From assembly GCA_013265495.1 (NCBI GenBank), contig MU058636.1, positions 8,825,425 through 8,889,424 of the forward strand: a stretch of 64,000 nucleotides of DNA, given 5' to 3'. Made by a program: the position numbers and the translations under genes. Position 1 is the first letter of the stretch; each line of letters starts with the position of its first letter. Source of the stretch: Vicugna vicugna. Taxonomy: Eukaryota. The notes below the pieces were generated by a model. It worked only from the letters and a program-made list of their open reading frames with translations. It did not search any database and was not told where the DNA came from. Shown one piece after another: positions 30,160 to 50,697 of this stretch.

Positions 30160-32112
30160 GACTGCATCTTTTTTATACTAACAATGAAATATCAGGGGAA
30201 AAATAGCAAAGAAACAATTCCTTTTAAAATTAAATCCAAAAAAATAAAGCACTTAGGAATAAATCTGACCAAGGAGGTGAAAGACTTACATGCAGAGAAC
30301 GACAAAACATTGATTAACGAAATTAAAGATGACTTAAAGAAATGGAAAGATATTCCATGCTCTTGGATTGGAAGAATTAATATTGTTAAAATGGCCATAC
30401 TACCCAAAACAATTTACAGATTTAATGTGACCCTTATCAAACTACCCAGGACATTTTTTACAGAACTAGAATAAATAATCCTAAAATTTATATGGAATCA
30501 CCAAAGACCCAGAATTGCCAAAGCAATACAGAAGAAAAAGAAAGAAGCTGGAGGAATAACCATCCCAGACTTCAGACAGTTACTACAGAGCTACAGTAAT
30601 CAAAGCAGCATGGTATTGACATAAAAACAGACATATGGATCAATGAAGCAGAGTAGAGAGCCCAGATATAAACCCACAGACCTACAGTAAATTAATCTTC
30701 AATAAAGGAGGCAAGAATATACAATGGAGAAAAGACAGTCTCTTCAGCAAGTGGTGTTGGGAAAACTGGACAGCAGCATGTAAATCAATCAAGTTAGAAT
30801 ACTCCCTCACACCATACACAGAAATCAACTCAAAGTGGCTTAAGGACTTAAATATAAGACAAGACACTATAAAGCATCCAGAAGAAAACACAGGCAAAAC
30901 ATTCTCTGACATAAACCTTACCAATGTTCTCCTAGGGCAGTCTATCCAAGCAATAGAAATAAAAGCAAAAATAAACAAATGGGACCTAATTAAACTTATA
31001 AGCTTTTGCACAGCAAAGGAAACCATAAGTGAAACAAAACGACAACCTACAGAATGGGAGAAAATATTTGCAAATGATGCAACTGATAAGGGGTTAATTT
31101 CCAGAATATATAAACAGCTCATACAACTTAATAACAAAAAAACAAACACCCAATCCAAAAATAAGGAGAAGTAGGCAGAAGATCTAAACAAGCAATTCTC
31201 CAATGAAGACATAAAAATGGCCATTAGGCACATAAAAAAAAAGTTCAATATCATTATCAAAAAAATGCAAATCAAAACTACAGTGAGGTATCAACTCATA
31301 CCAGTCAGAATGGCTATCATCAAAAAGTCCACAAACCATAAATGCTGGAGAGGCTGTGGAGAAAAGGGAACCCTCCTACACTTCTGGTGGGAATGTAGGT
31401 TGGTGCAGCCATTATGGAAAATAGTATGGAGATTCCTCAAAAAAAACTAAAAATACACTTACCATATGATCAGCAATCCCACTCCTGGGCATCTATCTGG
31501 AGGGAACTTTAATTCAAAAAAGATGCATGCACCCAATGTTTATACCAGCACTATTTAATAGGCAACATGGAAACAACCTAAATGTCCATCAACAGATGAC
31601 TGGATAAAGAAGCTGTAGTATATTTATATAATGGACTACTACTCCGTAATAAAAAATAATAAAATAATGCCATTTGAAGCAACATGCATGGACCTGGAGA
31701 ATGGCACTCTAACAAGTAAGGCAGAAAGAGAAAGAAAAACAACATATGATATCACTCATACGTGGAATCTAAAAAAAAAGAAGATACAAATGAACTTATT
31801 TACAAAACAGAAACAGGCTCACAGATACAGAAAGCAATCTTACGGTTACCAGGCTGGGGGGAAGTGGGTGGAAAGGGATAAATTTGGAGTTAGAGATTTG
31901 CAAATACTAACTACTATGTATAAAATAGATAAACAACAAGGTCCTACTGTATAGTACAGGGAACTAAATTCAATATCTTGTAGTAACCTATAATGAAAAA
32001 GAACATGAAAACAAATATGTGTATGTATATGTATGATTGAAACATTATGCTGTACACCAGAAATTGACACAACATTGTAAACAGACTATACTTCAATTAA
32101 AAAAAAAAACAA
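30160..32112 (+). mobile_element. Relatively young 5'-truncated L1 (ORF2 C-terminal part, 3' UTR, poly-A); camelid-like 3' end
   Basis: ORFs 30139..30474 ([13 protein letters not shown]...[23 protein letters not shown]) and 31217..31450 ([19 protein letters not shown]...[24 protein letters not shown]) are clear L1 ORF2p with stops and frameshifts; A-tail at ~32099-32112. Confidence 0.97.
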
Positions 32113-33429
32113 ACAAATTTTACCATGACTCTTAGGAGGCTAACTGATGGGGAAGAGTGAGAGGAGAGAGGTGAGAACAAATTCTAAACATTTAGGAATA
32201 GATGTTCAGTTTCTTTTGGGAACACAATGTTTTCCTAGTGTTCTTTTGATATAATATATTATATCAATATATTTTCTGAGAGGCAGCATTATGTGAGTAC
32301 TGAAGTTCTACTGCCTGGGGTTGACTTCTGTCTTCATCACTTTTTATACATACCATAAAAATGTTAATCAAAACATGTTTTTCTTTTCAGGATTTTGCCA
32401 CAAGTTTTTATACATAAACAGGAAAAAAAACTATAAATATCAAGATGCAAATATTGTTTAAAAACACATAATATATATTCTTAGAAATAGAGACTGTAGG
32501 CTTACACTCTAAATCTATTGTTTGGCTAGCTGACACCAGGTTCTCTCTTAAGAGTTGCTAAACAAGACAACAACAGACAATTACTTCAGGGGCTCTCTAT
32601 TGACTTCAAAGTTGAGCGCAGTCCTCTGGCTCACCCCCAGGCCCATCAGTAGTTTTCTCCTTATTGCTAGCCTCGAAATTCTTAGTGATACCAACAAATC
32701 CCACAGTTCCAGCTATTACTATAACTCCATCCCCAAAACTACCAACCCCTTACCTTTACCTCTCTCTGTATTTGGCAAGACCTACATTTTTTAAATTGAG
32801 TAAGACGACGACTGTTATGAGAACTTTGAGGCCTTACTTTCCTACAGTCAGAATCATCACTCTCTACCTGCGTGGAGATGTCACCATAGAAGAGGAGTCT
32901 GCCACAAAATTATGGCAAAGATGAAACTGGTATTCAGCACTCCCACTACAGCTGCTTCCCTATTCCCTTTCTAGGTATCTCTCCGTAATAAACAGACTAT
33001 TCCAAATATTAACCATTCCTCCCTATTTTAGGGCCTACCTGTTTTCCATTTTGTCTATGCCCTGCACTGTTTCTTAAAAACGGCATGACAGACCTTAATA
33101 AACATAAGAGGATGTTTATTCTCCAAACGCAGGTGCTTAGACTTGTAATAAAATTTAGAGGACATACAGTCTTCTTCCCGCACTAGAACTTCGGACTGTT
33201 AGATCCTAGAGGGTTGGCACCTACCTGTCTTCCTCATCCCGGCACACCAGGCTTTAGTGCCCGACACAAAGTTTGTTATTAAACTGAATAGATGTGGCCC
33301 ATAATCGGCAACCTAGTTCCATGGTTTAATCCTATTACACCACTTACCAAACTGCTGAAATCTGTCCACGGATTCCACTTCTCAACTGGATGCCAGGATC
33401 CTCAAGTGCTGGGATCTTGTCTTTCTCAC

Positions 33430-33544
33430 CAACTTGGTAAGTGTCCTATCTGTCGAAATTTAAAATGTGAAAGAAAAAAAGTACGAGAATCAACTTGGTA
33501 AGTCTCTGTCGAAATTTAAAATGTGAAAGAAAAAAGTACGAGAA
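33430..33544 (+). repeat. Imperfect tandem duplication (~60 bp + ~54 bp) upstream of the UFM1 promoter
   Basis: CAACTTGGTAAGT..TCTGTCGAAATTTAAAATGTGAAAGAAAAAA(A)GTACGAGAA occurs twice (33430-33489, 33491-33544). Confidence 0.95.
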
Positions 33545-33998
33545 ATAACAGAATTACTTTGCTGGACAGGCAGAAAACACTGACGCTAAAGCTCAGCGAA
33601 GACTCCAACTTCTTGAGAGTCAATCAAGCTTCGCGCGCAGGTTTCCTCAGCGAGTTAGGAGAGCGCCCTCCTCCAGCCCCGCTCATCGCCCCGCCCACTT
33701 CCGCTTCGCTCTTCTCCCGCCTCCCGGGGCCCTTACTTCCGCCTCAAGCTGCCAGCTGGGACCTGGCACCCTACTATCTATGCCTGCGCTTGTGCTGCCT
33801 GACTAAAAATACGGAAGAAAATAACTGCAATTAGAAAACTATTCTTACCATACTATCTGTAATTTTATTTTAGAGATATAAGTGCAAAAGCAGTAGCTAT
33901 TTGTAACTTGCCGGCTCCGCCTAGCGTGCGCATCTGGGCCCGATTTTCAGGCAGTACCTTGGACAACAGCAACCTGGGAGGGCCCCCCTTGCGGAGGG

Positions 33999-34006
33999 AG
34001 ACGTGG
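33999..34006 (+). promoter_or_regulatory. UPRE-like XBP1s/ATF6 element (AGACGTGG)
   Basis: 7/8 match to the UPRE TGACGTGG just upstream of the presumed TSS; UFM1 is known to be ER-stress inducible. Function here is inferred. Confidence 0.55.
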
Positions 34007-34098
34007 AGCTCAGACGCGCAGAGCGCCGCGGAGGAAGTGGGGTGGCTGGGCTGCCTGGGCTGCCTTGGCGTGCGGTCTCGGTCCGGACCTGGTCCATC

Positions 34099-42584
<8,486 letters not shown>

Positions 42585-42618
42585 TATCTGCTGCTTGGAA
42601 TATACGGTTACCTTTCCA

Positions 42619-42624
42619 AATAAA
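42619..42624 (+). terminator. Proximal polyadenylation signal AATAAA
   Basis: AATAAA about 35 nt after the UFM1 stop codon. Confidence 0.45.
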
Positions 42625-44530
42625 TATTGGTGTTATTATCATTGTAAAATTGGAATCAGGATTTAAAGCACTGTGGAAACACTGGTAGTAGATACAGGAA
42701 TGCAGAGTGACTCTCCATCCCTTCCTGTGATTCACACTCCTCGCGTGAAGAGGAGACAAGTCGGCAGCGAGGTGTCATCGCCGCAGGAGAGCATGGGCTT
42801 TCATGGGCTTTCGTTGCTGCCTCACAGCACACGCAGGTGGTTCGCTGGGGGGAAGTGGGTTATCCAGCTGTGTTTCATAACTGGAGGATGCATCTGATAA
42901 ATTGTTTGGGGGAAAATTTGAAAATTAAAATTTACTGAACATTATTCCATTTGTCTTTGAGTTAAAAATGTGAAAAGATTATGGATCTGCACAGGGCATT
43001 TTGCTTGAGAGCATCTGACTTACACAAAAATAGTTGATTCTTCATTATATATCGTTGATGATAAAGGATTGTGTCAGTGAATACTTAACGATGTGAAGTT
43101 TTTATCATTTATCTTGTTTTTAAGTTTCAAATGTCATGTGTTCATATAAATTCTAATTTCATATCTAAGAGCCAAGAATTGAGTGTTTGATCTGGCCCAT
43201 ATGTGTAGAATTGATATCCCACACCGAAGAGCTTTAGCTGTGATCTTGCAGAATCCAGTGCTTGTGAAGGTGAGAATGGAAAGTAAAGTAGAAGCATCGG
43301 TTGCTGAATTACGCATTCCTTTATCGATCTCTTTTAATACAATCTTGAAAACGGGAATCCTCAAGAAACCTTCATCTCTTTGAGGATAATATTTCTAAAT
43401 AACTTTCAGGGAGGAGGTATTGTAGGAGGATCTGAAGTTCACAGCAGAGCTCAAGGCAACGCTAATTGAAGTGCTAACTAAACACACTTAGTGCAGACCC
43501 AACATTTAAGGAGGTGTTAAGATTAGTTACTGGAGGAATGAGAAGCCAGAAGGGAAGATGGGGAAGTCCAGCTGCCCAGTCTTCTAGTAGGAAGGAAAGA
43601 AGAAACCCAAAAGTGAAGGGGAGCCGAAAGCTGTAACAGTGTCAGAAAAGGCCAGACTGCAGACAAAACTGCAAGGGCTGCTTTCGGAAGAACTGAGGGA
43701 CAGCAAAGTTCTTGATGTTGTTATAAGGAGCAGAAGGCACTGAGAGAAAGCGAAGCGTAAGCCTTGTCAACAGACAGATTTCAGAACTCCCCTTAGGAGA
43801 ACCCAAAGAATGATATGCATAAGGGAAGATTGTGCCCGTAGAGAAGACATCAGCATCTTTGCAAATCTTGAAAGGTGAATCAGACATCTCGCAGTGATTC
43901 AGAACCAGTGCTTGACTTGCCATATTCGAGATGGTGAGCTGTGGAGGCAGGCCTGTGTCTGTCTGGCTCTTCCTAGGCCTGGTAATGTAGGCTTTCGATA
44001 AATTCTTGTTGAATTATTCATGAGTAAAGTATCTCTAAGATCAGTTTTTATCTAAGCATGCATAGGCCCTTGGTTCATTGGGAAAAAATATTATGCAGCA
44101 GAATCAGTATCTGAGGGTGATGGTTAAGTTTAAGAAACTAACTAGAATTGTTCATATATTTGACAGATGAACAGCAGGGTTCTGAATTGTAAGCAAAAAA
44201 AAAAATGTGCTGAGGAAGAAAAGTATACTGCTAATGCTTGGGGAACTTTTTAATTTTATATACAAGATCTGATGCTTAAAGATCCCTGGTCCTTCACAAC
44301 ATTAAACTCAGTTAACCAGAAATTTATGAATATCCATTCCTTGAATTGTATGCTTTATTTAGATTTCCCTCCATTCTGTTTCTAGCACAAAATCCTGTCC
44401 CACTGTGTTATATGGATAAGTTTTATGATGTCCTGTACCATAATTTGTTTAATGCTTTTGTTCTTTGGCTTGAAAATTTTATTGCGGTAAGTTCTTAAAA
44501 ACGTTTCCTTAAAGAACTAGACATTTTGTT

Positions 44531-44540
44531 ATTAAATAAA
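44531..44540 (+). terminator. Distal polyadenylation signal (ATTAAA/AATAAA overlap)
   Basis: ATTAAATAAA followed by TGTG/TTTGTG-rich sequence, about 1.95 kb after the stop. Confidence 0.55.
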
Positions 44541-46539
44541 TGTGATCTGTAACTTTGTGCAGAACGTTTTGAAGTATTCAGTTTAAATGTTTTATTGATA
44601 CATAATTAATATCTTATGAAAATACATTTTCTTTTACCATAAATCCTATTGTCTACTCATTATTAAAGCACTTAATTAGCACATCTGTTGAGCGAGTGTA
44701 TAACAAATGTAGCAAAAAACAAAGCAGAAAAGGGCAAAGATGGTTAATGGCTATAGCTCTTAGAAATGAGAATGTATTTCCAAATGCCAGTCCATTTTCA
44801 GAGGCACCATGTTCTTATGCCTCCTTGTCTTCGCTTTCTGTTTCTCTGCCTGCAAAACCTCAGGTTCCTTCAAGTGTAAAAGCCTTTGAGCCTCTCCTCA
44901 CCCCTCCCAGGCAGAGTTAGGTGTTCAGCTGTCTAAGCATTTTGTACATTAGAGCAGTTATTAAACACAGAAGCACATTTCTGATTTAAACTGTAAATTT
45001 TATAAAAGCATAAGATCATGACTGAAACTGGGCTTCCAGATTGCCTTGCCTGTGACAGATAGTAAGTATAATTGAAAGACTGTAAAAGAACGAAAACTTT
45101 GACAATTTCAGCTCTGTGTCTCGTACCTGGTAACTTCTTCAGCCAGCATGTTGGGTGAGCCAGTATGCCCGTATTCCTCACCACACCTATAGCAGGGAAT
45201 TTGCCCTGGCTCAGAAATGAATTAATCACTTTCATAGGTGTAAAACATTATCCCAATTTTTTAACAAATACGTATTAATCTTTAGCTATATTATGGATAA
45301 TGGTAAATACTGGAGATGAGGTGTGATTGAGTCATTTCTTTTCCTTGGGCTCTAAAATTTATACATTTCAAAAACAGCAAAATCTACCAACTGACGTAAT
45401 TACATGGAAGTGAAATGCGTGTCAAAACTTCAGTGTTGAGCGTGGCGCTAGGAAACTTGCATACATTATCTCACTTAATCCTTAGTCTTCATAAACTGCC
45501 ATGTTCATTTTTTCTCTTTATACCATTTAGGGTGGGGGCAAGATTTAAGTTAATGTGTCCAGAGTTACAGTGAGATTGGCTCCTAGATCTAGGTGACTGG
45601 AATCCACACCAAGTCATTGCATGTTGGCCACCATTTTTCCCCTCTTTATATTGGGATATTTTTCCAAAAAGAAAAAAAGATATCTCTGGAAAGGGTCTCC
45701 TGGCTTGCTGTTGAACATTTCTGTAATCTCACTTTGAAGAACTGAACATTAAATAAAAAATAAACTACATAAGCCCACTTACAGACTCTTTTAGTAAATA
45801 TATGTACTTAGAACTACAAAGAGAATCGTGAACATTTGAAAAGCAGATTTATGGCCCTATTACCAACTTTGCTATATAGACGGGTGTTATAATTCTATCT
45901 GGATGCAGAACACTGGCCAAGGTTGGCAGACAAATGCAGAGAGCAGTCCTTTGGCATAAATCTGATTTTCTGGCAGAACTTGTTAGCATTGTAAAGCTGT
46001 TATTAAGTGCATATGATGATGCTACGTCATGTTAGTACTTGGCTGAGTAACCCTGGATTTAATAAATTCTTAAATGCACAATTTACAACTGATGAGCTGT
46101 TTGAGAAAAAAAAAAAAAGCTGATGTCAGCGCCACAAACATTTTGGTGTTTTAAGTGGAGATGCTAACTTCTGTGACTTTCTAGATAAGCGTATGGACAG
46201 ATTAGGGCTCTAAGTTATCCTTAGCTGTGCACGTTATGGAGGAATGACACATAAGAGATCATGACTAAACAAATGAGTGAATTGCAGAGGTCTTAATCCT
46301 TTGTGACCACTGCAAGAAATCCATATTACCTGCCAGACTGTTTTATTCAACGTTCTCAGTTTTGGCATACTGTTAGAAGCAGCTTAAAAAAATATTTATT
46401 GAACAAGTAAATAATTTATTGTTTCTTTTGATATTTGGGAGGGATTCAGCTGGCACTTTGAGCCTTAAACCTAAAGTCTTGTAAAGGAATGAACCCTGTT
46501 AACTTCTTTGTTCCTGAAAAAGTGCACATGGACATCAGG

Positions 46540-46745
46540 TCATTTATTGAGATTTTACTTTGTATCAGGCGCTATGTTTTATGTTTTACATTTTTATTTA
46601 GCCCTCATTATAGTCTAGGAAGGCAAGACTATTTTTCCATCAGATTTTAGATTAAGAAGCTGAAACTTTCAAAGAGATTTGGTGAGTTTTTGGAGGTTAC
46701 ACAAATAGTAAGCAGCAAAGGTGTATGTATTTCAAACCATACTTA
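46540..46745 (-). mobile_element. MIR SINE (duplicated at 48982-49187)
   Basis: catttattgag...ttttagattaagaagctgaaact...ggttacacaaatagtaagcagcaaag. Confidence 0.65.
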
Positions 46746-47856
46746 GGAAGTCCCAGGAAGCACTACACAGCCGACTGGGGCCCTGGGAAGTTAGTCTAGT
46801 TCAAGACCCAAAAAGCTGGTACCTCCCACTGTGCCACTTTCTCTGGCCTCTCTCCACTTCCATATTCATCATGACCTTTGTCTCACCCTGCGTAGATCTT
46901 AAACCCAGTAAGAAAGGAGGATGACAGGAATGGAAGAGTCTACAGTTTCCTCTCTGTTTCTTCATTCTGCTTCATATCTGTGTATCTGAGATTCGTCCAT
47001 CCTTTATTCAGGCATTGACCTACTGAGGGTACAGAGATGAATTAGACCTGCTTTCTGCCCTTCATAGTTAAGTTCCATGCTCTGAGGCATGGGAAGCAGG
47101 GTGTGTTGGCCTACCTCCTTCCACCATCTTTTGTAGGTCTCACTGGAAATACTCATCCCTTGTTTAATGCCTGACAAAGCCCCATTACTGCTTCCTACTC
47201 ACAAACTTTAGCCTACTTGGATCATTTGTATGGCACCTACTCTAGAGGAGAGGATCCCTGAGGCCAAGACTGGTGAATCTGGAGATAAAATCAGCTGTGT
47301 GTAAAGCAAAAGCAAGGAGAAGCAAGTAGACCTAAAGGAGAGGGACAAATAGGTAGAGCTTAGATTTCAGGAATTAAGATGGAATTCAAAATCCTAAATT
47401 GGAAGACTGGTCAGGAATCTCATGGGTAACAGAAAAGTCAAGGCATGGTGGGTATTTTGGGGTCAGATTTGGCAAGAGAGGTGGGCACATTGGTACAGGT
47501 GCATCTCAGGGGTGCTCAGAAATCTGAAATCTAATTTGGCACAACTACTGTCCCAGCCAAGAAGCAGAAGGAAATCTGAAGTCAGTGCCTCCTGGTGGAA
47601 ACTAAAGAACCACATTAGAAGATGCTTAAACAGGTTGAATGTGGTACAGTGTAGGGTCAGTAAGAACAGATACAGATGCTGGCAAATAATTTTGCTTTTA
47701 AAACCTACTGAAATTAAGCTATCAGTAGAATAATGGCGTCTTCTGATTTTTCAACTGAAGCTGTTCTTGTAATAAGTATCTATAGTGACAAAGTCAATAT
47801 CCATGATACAATATGGTTTCTAAAGAAAGAAACAGCCGTTTGAAAGTATAAGCCTA

Positions 47857-48255
47857 TGCATTCATTTCCTAAGGCTGCTGTACCGGAAACTGAGTGGCTT
47901 ACACAACAGAAGCTCATTGTTTCATGGTTCTGGAGCCTGGAAAGCAAGGTGTCAGCTGGGTTGGTTCCTTGCGATGACTACGAAGGTAGGATCCATCCCA
48001 GTGCTCTTTCCTTGGCTTAGAGATGGTGATAACCCTGTATCTCTTTACACCTTCTGTTCTCTGTGTGTCTCTCTGTTCAGATGTTCCCTTTTTATAAAGA
48101 TACAGTCATGTTGGATTATGACCCACCCTAAAAAGTTCATCTTAACTAATTATATCAGTGACACAATTCCTGAATCAGTTCACCTTCTGAGGTTCTAGAG
48201 GTTAGGGTTCCAACATATCTCAGTTTTTGCAGGGGAAACAATTCAACCCAAAACA
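47857..48255 (-). mobile_element. MaLR solo LTR (MLT1A/B/C-like), copy 1
   Basis: tgcattcatttcctaaggctgctgta...ggcttacacaacaga...ttctggag...aattcaacccaaaaca; TG..CA termini. Confidence 0.85.
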
Positions 48256-50298
48256 GCACACTTGCTGCTATTAATGAGTTGTGGCTTTCCAGATAAGGCT
48301 ATAGATGAAATATGTGAATCACAGAATGTATCCTAGAAATAAGCTTTGCATGTGTGAATACAATTCACAAATCCAATCAGAAATTTACGAACAAAGCTCC
48401 ATAATTTTAAATAAGTCAGTTGAATGAATTGGATTAAACAGAAGGGAAAATGAAAGGCATTATTAATCCCCAAGTTCCACTTCAGCTTCTCCCAATAACC
48501 CATTACCCAGTGCTGCTCAGTAGCAAACAACTGATGAGCTGTTTGAGAAAAAAAAAAAAAGCTGATGTCAGCGCCACAAACATTTTGGTGTTTTAAGTGG
48601 AGATGCTAACTTCTGTGACTTTCTAGATAAGCGTATGGACAGATTAGGGCTCTAAGTTATCCTTAGCTGTGCACGTTATGGAGGAATGACACATAAGAGA
48701 TCATGACTAAACAAATGAGTGAATTGCAGAGGTCTTAATCCTTTGTGACCACTGCAAGAAATCCATATTACCTGCCAGACTGTTTTATTCAACGTTCTCA
48801 GTTTTGGCATACTGTTAGAAGCAGCTTAAAAAAATATTTATTGAACAAGTAAATAATTTATTGTTTCTTTTGATATTTGGGAGGGATTCAGCTGGCACTT
48901 TGAGCCTTAAACCTAAAGTCTTGTAAAGGAATGAACCCTGTTAACTTCTTTGTTCCTGAAAAAGTGCACATGGACATCAGGTCATTTATTGAGATTTTAC
49001 TTTGTATCAGGCGCTATGTTTTATGTTTTACATTTTTATTTAGCCCTCATTATAGTCTAGGAAGGCAAGACTATTTTTCCATCAGATTTTAGATTAAGAA
49101 GCTGAAACTTTCAAAGAGATTTGGTGAGTTTTTGGAGGTTACACAAATAGTAAGCAGCAAAGGTGTATGTATTTCAAACCATACTTAGGAAGTCCCAGGA
49201 AGCACTACACAGCCGACTGGGGCCCTGGGAAGTTAGTCTAGTTCAAGACCCAAAAAGCTGGTACCTCCCACTGTGCCACTTTCTCTGGCCTCTCTCCACT
49301 TCCATATTCATCATGACCTTTGTCTCACCCTGCGTAGATCTTAAACCCAGTAAGAAAGGAGGATGACAGGAATGGAAGAGTCTACAGTTTCCTCTCTGTT
49401 TCTTCATTCTGCTTCATATCTGTGTATCTGAGATTCGTCCATCCTTTATTCAGGCATTGACCTACTGAGGGTACAGAGATGAATTAGACCTGCTTTCTGC
49501 CCTTCATAGTTAAGTTCCATGCTCTGAGGCATGGGAAGCAGGGTGTGTTGGCCTACCTCCTTCCACCATCTTTTGTAGGTCTCACTGGAAATACTCATCC
49601 CTTGTTTAATGCCTGACAAAGCCCCATTACTGCTTCCTACTCACAAACTTTAGCCTACTTGGATCATTTGTATGGCACCTACTCTAGAGGAGAGGATCCC
49701 TGAGGCCAAGACTGGTGAATCTGGAGATAAAATCAGCTGTGTGTAAAGCAAAAGCAAGGAGAAGCAAGTAGACCTAAAGGAGAGGGACAAATAGGTAGAG
49801 CTTAGATTTCAGGAATTAAGATGGAATTCAAAATCCTAAATTGGAAGACTGGTCAGGAATCTCATGGGTAACAGAAAAGTCAAGGCATGGTGGGTGTTTT
49901 GGGGTCAGATTTGGCAAGAGAGGTGGGCACATTGGTACAGGTGCATCTCAGGGGTGCTCAGAAATCTGAAATCTAATTTGGCACAACTACTGTCCCAGCC
50001 AAGAAGCAGAAGGAAATCTGAAGTCAGTGCCTCCTGGTGGAAACTAAAGAACCACATTAGAAGATGCTTAAACAGGTTGAATGTGGTACAGTGTAGGGTC
50101 AGTAAGAACAGATACAGATGCTGGCAAATAATTTTGCTTTTAAAACCTACTGAAATTAAGCTATCAGTAGAATAATGGCGTCTTCTGATTTTTCAACTGA
50201 AGCTGTTCTTGTAATAAGTATCTATAGTGACAAAGTCAATATCCATGATACAATATGGTTTCTAAAGAAAGAAACAGCCGTTTGAAAGTATAAGCCTA

Positions 50299-50697
50299 TG
50301 CATTCATTTCCTAAGGCTGCTGTACCGGAAACTGAGTGGCTTACACAACAGAAGCTCATTGTTTCATGGTTCTGGAGCCTGGAAAGCAAGGTGTCAGCTG
50401 GGTTGGTTCCTTGCGATGACTACGAAGGTAGGATCCATCCCAGTGCTCTTTCCTTGGCTTAGAGATGGTGATAACCCTGTATCTCTTTACACCTTCTGTT
50501 CTCTGTGTGTCTCTCTGTTCAGATGTTCCCTTTTTATAAAGATACAGTCATGTTGGATTATGACCCACCCTAAAAAGTTCATCTTAACTAATTATATCAG
50601 TGACACAATTCCTGAATCAGTTCACCTTCTGAGGTTCTAGAGGTTAGGGTTCCAACATATCTCAGTTTTTGCAGGGGAAACAATTCAACCCAAAACA
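50299..50697 (-). mobile_element. MaLR solo LTR (MLT1-like), copy 2 made by the tandem duplication
   Basis: Same sequence as 47857-48255, offset 2442. Confidence 0.85.

Larger units (their letters stand above)
42585..44560 (+). other. UFM1: UFM1 3' UTR (long form, approximate end)
   Basis: Follows the stop codon; candidate end is overlapping ATTAAATAAA at 44531-44540 with GT/T-rich sequence downstream. Confidence 0.55.

Noticed and set aside
30682..31275. 197-aa minus-strand ORF, the longest in the track
   Set aside because: It is the antisense frame of L1 ORF2, a well-known spurious ORF.
30139..31954. L1 ORF2 as an active retrotransposon or domesticated gene
   Set aside because: 5'-truncated, no ORF1 or endonuclease, and broken by stops and frameshifts.
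46721..50640. Three pairs of identical ORFs suggesting a duplicated gene cluster
   Set aside because: They simply reflect the 2442-bp duplication; they overlap MIR/MLT1 or anonymous sequence and show no coding signature.
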